Below, in pieces: positions 61,288 to 63,779 of a stretch of DNA of 63,779 nt. A model generated the notes under the pieces. That model saw nothing but the letters and a program-made list of their open reading frames with translations. It was not told the DNA's origin and made no database searches. A program made the translations under genes and the position numbers. Source of the DNA: Neophaeotheca triangularis (taxonomy: Eukaryota); the NCBI GenBank assembly GCA_054600435.1, contig BAAIJX010000084.1, positions 1-63,779 on the forward strand, in the 5' to 3' direction. Each line of letters begins with the position of its first letter. Positions within the stretch are counted from its first letter, which is position 1.

Positions 61288-63291
61288 ATGCCACCGCCCT
61301 CTTCGTCGACGTACACAACCCTCTCGGCCTCACCCGACCCTCTACCGATCGCACGTCGTAACAACACAAAGTCCTCCTCCGCCTCCTCAACCTCCGCCTC
61401 AGCCTCAGCCTCAGCCTCAACATCCGCGACTCCAGATGGTTGTCATGTCTCTGGCATCGATACTTCGGCCTCGTCCTCCTCCAACACTCGCTCTGCTCTT
61501 GGCCATTCCTCGAAACGGAAACCGCGCAAGATCAACACCAACATGACATCGCTCGCCGCTGCCGCCCCTTCGAGGTCGACATCGGGGAGGGCAAAGCTAC
61601 ACAAGAGAGCTGCTAGCGGCTCATCCATGCCACCATCTCCCTCCGTCTTCGCCGGCAGACCAACACCTTACGCTACCTACGAAGACCAACCCTTCCCCGA
61701 CCTCCCCGACCCGCATTCCACAAGCTCGACAGACAAGATCAAACCTTATCTGCGCAAAATCTCAAACCCAAAGGAAAAGGAAGACCAAGGGCAGATCGAC
61801 CTATCAATGTCAACGGCCGAGAATGAAAGACTAGCAGGACTGGGGATCCAAGACTTTGGCGCCTCGCAATCCCCCCTCGACATCTCCTTTATCAACACCT
61901 CCCGCCGCTCGCACACGCGCACCACCAGCGTCGGCTCCAACACCTCCAACTCCTTCCGCCCAACCCAGCCCTTTGTCCATCCCATGCGCCAGACACCACG
62001 CCCCTACACTCCACCAACTGGCACCTCCTACACCTCCTCATTTACCAGCCTCAATCCCCACAACTACGATACAAACGAAAACTACGACTCTGAAACGGCC
62101 GAAAGCAGCGACGTAGTCGACTCAGACTTCAACCCGACCAACCGCCGCCGCAGCACCTCCTCCACCAACTACAACGCCATCTCCTCCTACATCCCCCCCA
62201 CCCCGCTCTCCCAAACCCACACTCTCGAAGCCCTAGGCGACATCCCCAAACTCACCACAAGCCTAACCCGCAACAACACAACCCCGCCGACAACCACGCC
62301 CGCCAGCCTCACAACCACCAGCGCCAGCAACAGCTCCCACAAACCCCGGGCCCCGCGCACCTCGACATCAACTTCCATCTCCACTCCCACTCCCACTCCC
62401 CACGCTACCCGCTCCTCCCTAGACAAAGCCCGACACCTGCTCTCACATCACCACAAAGACCCCAACAACAACACCACCCACTTCCCCCACCGCCACCGTC
62501 GCTCTTCAGACCTCTGCCACGACGGCGGCAAAAGCAGCAGCGAAACGACTTCCCGCGAAGAACGAATCCGCGCCGCTCGCCGGAAATTCGAAGCCAAAGA
62601 AGCCGGGAAAGCGCAGAAAGTTCTTGAGAGGGAGAGGAAGGAGAGAGACGTGGAGAGCGCGAGGGGTTGGAAGGGGGCGAGAGCTAGGGCGAGGAGGGGG
62701 AGGAGTAGTGTCGAGGTTGGGGAATTCGGGGGGACGGAAGAGGGGGAGGGGAGGAAAGAGGGGAGCTGGAGCGACGGGGGGAGGGAAAGTGAAGGCGCGA
62801 CGGGTGGTGGGGACACGGCGGCTTTTCCGGCTTTTGCCGAGGACGGTGGTGTCGGTGGTGCTGGAGACGGCTGGCTGGATGGAAGGAATGGCGGCCGCTC
62901 GAGATCGGATGGCGCGCTTACCGCCGCCGCCGCCGTGGATGCTGAGAAAGCTGCGTATCGAGATCGTGACTGCTACCACTACGACAATAACAACAACAAC
63001 AACGACAGAAACAGAAAACCCCAGCAAAACGAGACCTCAGCCGACGCGGAGGATGTCTGGGCCGATGGGGATGGCGAGAAATTTCACTCCGGCAGCGGCG
63101 GCGGCGGTGGCGGCGGCGCTGGTGGTGGTGATGGCAGGAGCGGCAATGGCAATGGCAAAAAGGACGGTAGAAAGGAAAAGCAGCTTTCCCGCAAGCCCCG
63201 GCGCGAGGTCGCTCAGAGCGGGTGGTTGAGATTCGAGACTTGGGTCCGGACTCGGTTGGTCGGGTGCGGTTCTTCTTCTAGTCGTGATTGA
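61288..63291 (+). CDS. Hypothetical, largely low-complexity fungal protein
   Basis: 667-codon ORF from ATG 61288 with ordered-looking islands KIKPYLRK, GQIDLS, FVHPMRQTPRPYTP, RIRAARRKFEAKE, WLRFETWVRTRL. Confidence 0.75.
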   Translation: MPPPSSSTYTTLSASPDPLPIARRNNTKSSSASSTSASASASASTSATPDGCHVSGIDTSASSSSNTRSALGHSSKRKPRKINTNMTSLAAAAPSRSTSGRAKLHKRAASGSSMPPSPSVFAGRPTPYATYEDQPFPDLPDPHSTSSTDKIKPYLRKISNPKEKEDQGQIDLSMSTAENERLAGLGIQDFGASQSPLDISFINTSRRSHTRTTSVGSNTSNSFRPTQPFVHPMRQTPRPYTPPTGTSYTSSFTSLNPHNYDTNENYDSETAESSDVVDSDFNPTNRRRSTSSTNYNAISSYIPPTPLSQTHTLEALGDIPKLTTSLTRNNTTPPTTTPASLTTTSASNSSHKPRAPRTSTSTSISTPTPTPHATRSSLDKARHLLSHHHKDPNNNTTHFPHRHRRSSDLCHDGGKSSSETTSREERIRAARRKFEAKEAGKAQKVLERERKERDVESARGWKGARARARRGRSSVEVGEFGGTEEGEGRKEGSWSDGGRESEGATGGGDTAAFPAFAEDGGVGGAGDGWLDGRNGGRSRSDGALTAAAAVDAEKAAYRDRDCYHYDNNNNNNDRNRKPQQNETSADAEDVWADGDGEKFHSGSGGGGGGGAGGGDGRSGNGNGKKDGRKEKQLSRKPRREVAQSGWLRFETWVRTRLVGCGSSSSRD

Positions 63292-63779
63292 TTGGCGGTG
63301 AATTACTAGAGATGGGTTTGAAGGGGCCGACGGGGTGTCTTTGGGGAGTTTTTGCATGGTGTGGGTGGATGTCTTTGGATGTCTTTACTTTTTTTGTGAT
63401 CTGGAGGGCGCTGGATTGGAATACCCCCCCTCACTTCGACTTGGACTTGGACTTTCAAGTTCAATCGCTTTGGTGCTTTGACTTTTTTTCATGGCTTCTG
63501 GGACACAAAATGCGAAATCCCTTGCCATTGGAATGGAATATGTGTGGAGATTTCCATGCAAGTTCAGGCGTGTAGATGGATACCTGTGGACATAGTGACG
63601 AAATCAAAAAACAGGCACATACGCATGTTATTGTACTTGGTCTCGCTCATGCCTTTCGATTCTGATCCCTAACTTGTCTACCTACCTACTTACTTACCTA
63701 CTTACCTACCGTTTTGATCCATTCCGTTCGTTCCTTTAGGGCAAAATTGTTGCTTTTCCTCGCGGTTTGACCGGGGGGG

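Noticed and set aside
63660..63779. Telomere-like repeats at the right end
   Set aside because: (CTAC/CTTAC)n simple repeats also occur in other intergenic regions here; there is no TTAGGG array and the contig ends in a G-run.

Overview
Gene-dense contig from a filamentous ascomycete (Pezizomycotina, probably Dothideomycetes; inferred from protein families, short GT-CTRAC-YAG introns and RIP-like mutation), starting in a poly-A run and ending in a poly-G run. Core genes: PXA1-like peroxisomal ABC transporter, an RBR/IBR E3 ligase, a membrane RING-H2 E3, NGG1/ADA3, MDM12, GSP1/Ran, an aldehyde dehydrogenase, NUP85, RRP7, DMC1, GIS2/CNBP, UAP1, large-subunit catalase, NAS2 and UBC11/UBE2C. The standout is a complete 4.18-kb IS630/Tc1-type (DD34E) DNA transposon (34928-39108; 101-bp TIRs; TA duplication inside CTAG). 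Besides its RIP-damaged transposase it carries a second, convergent 726-codon gene that the ORF track misses, with a C-x4-C-x-N...C...H motif and a helical C-terminus. Other oddities: an array of about 10 intron-like modules built from repeats behind an orphan tail-anchored protein gene (56.3-57.5 kb); an NGG1 locus with an in-frame ORF inside its long intron and a 69-codon open frame after its UAG; a frameshifted ubiquitin-domain pseudogene; and repeated abrupt C-rich to G-rich skew switches. All calls come from manual reading and translation; no database searches were run.
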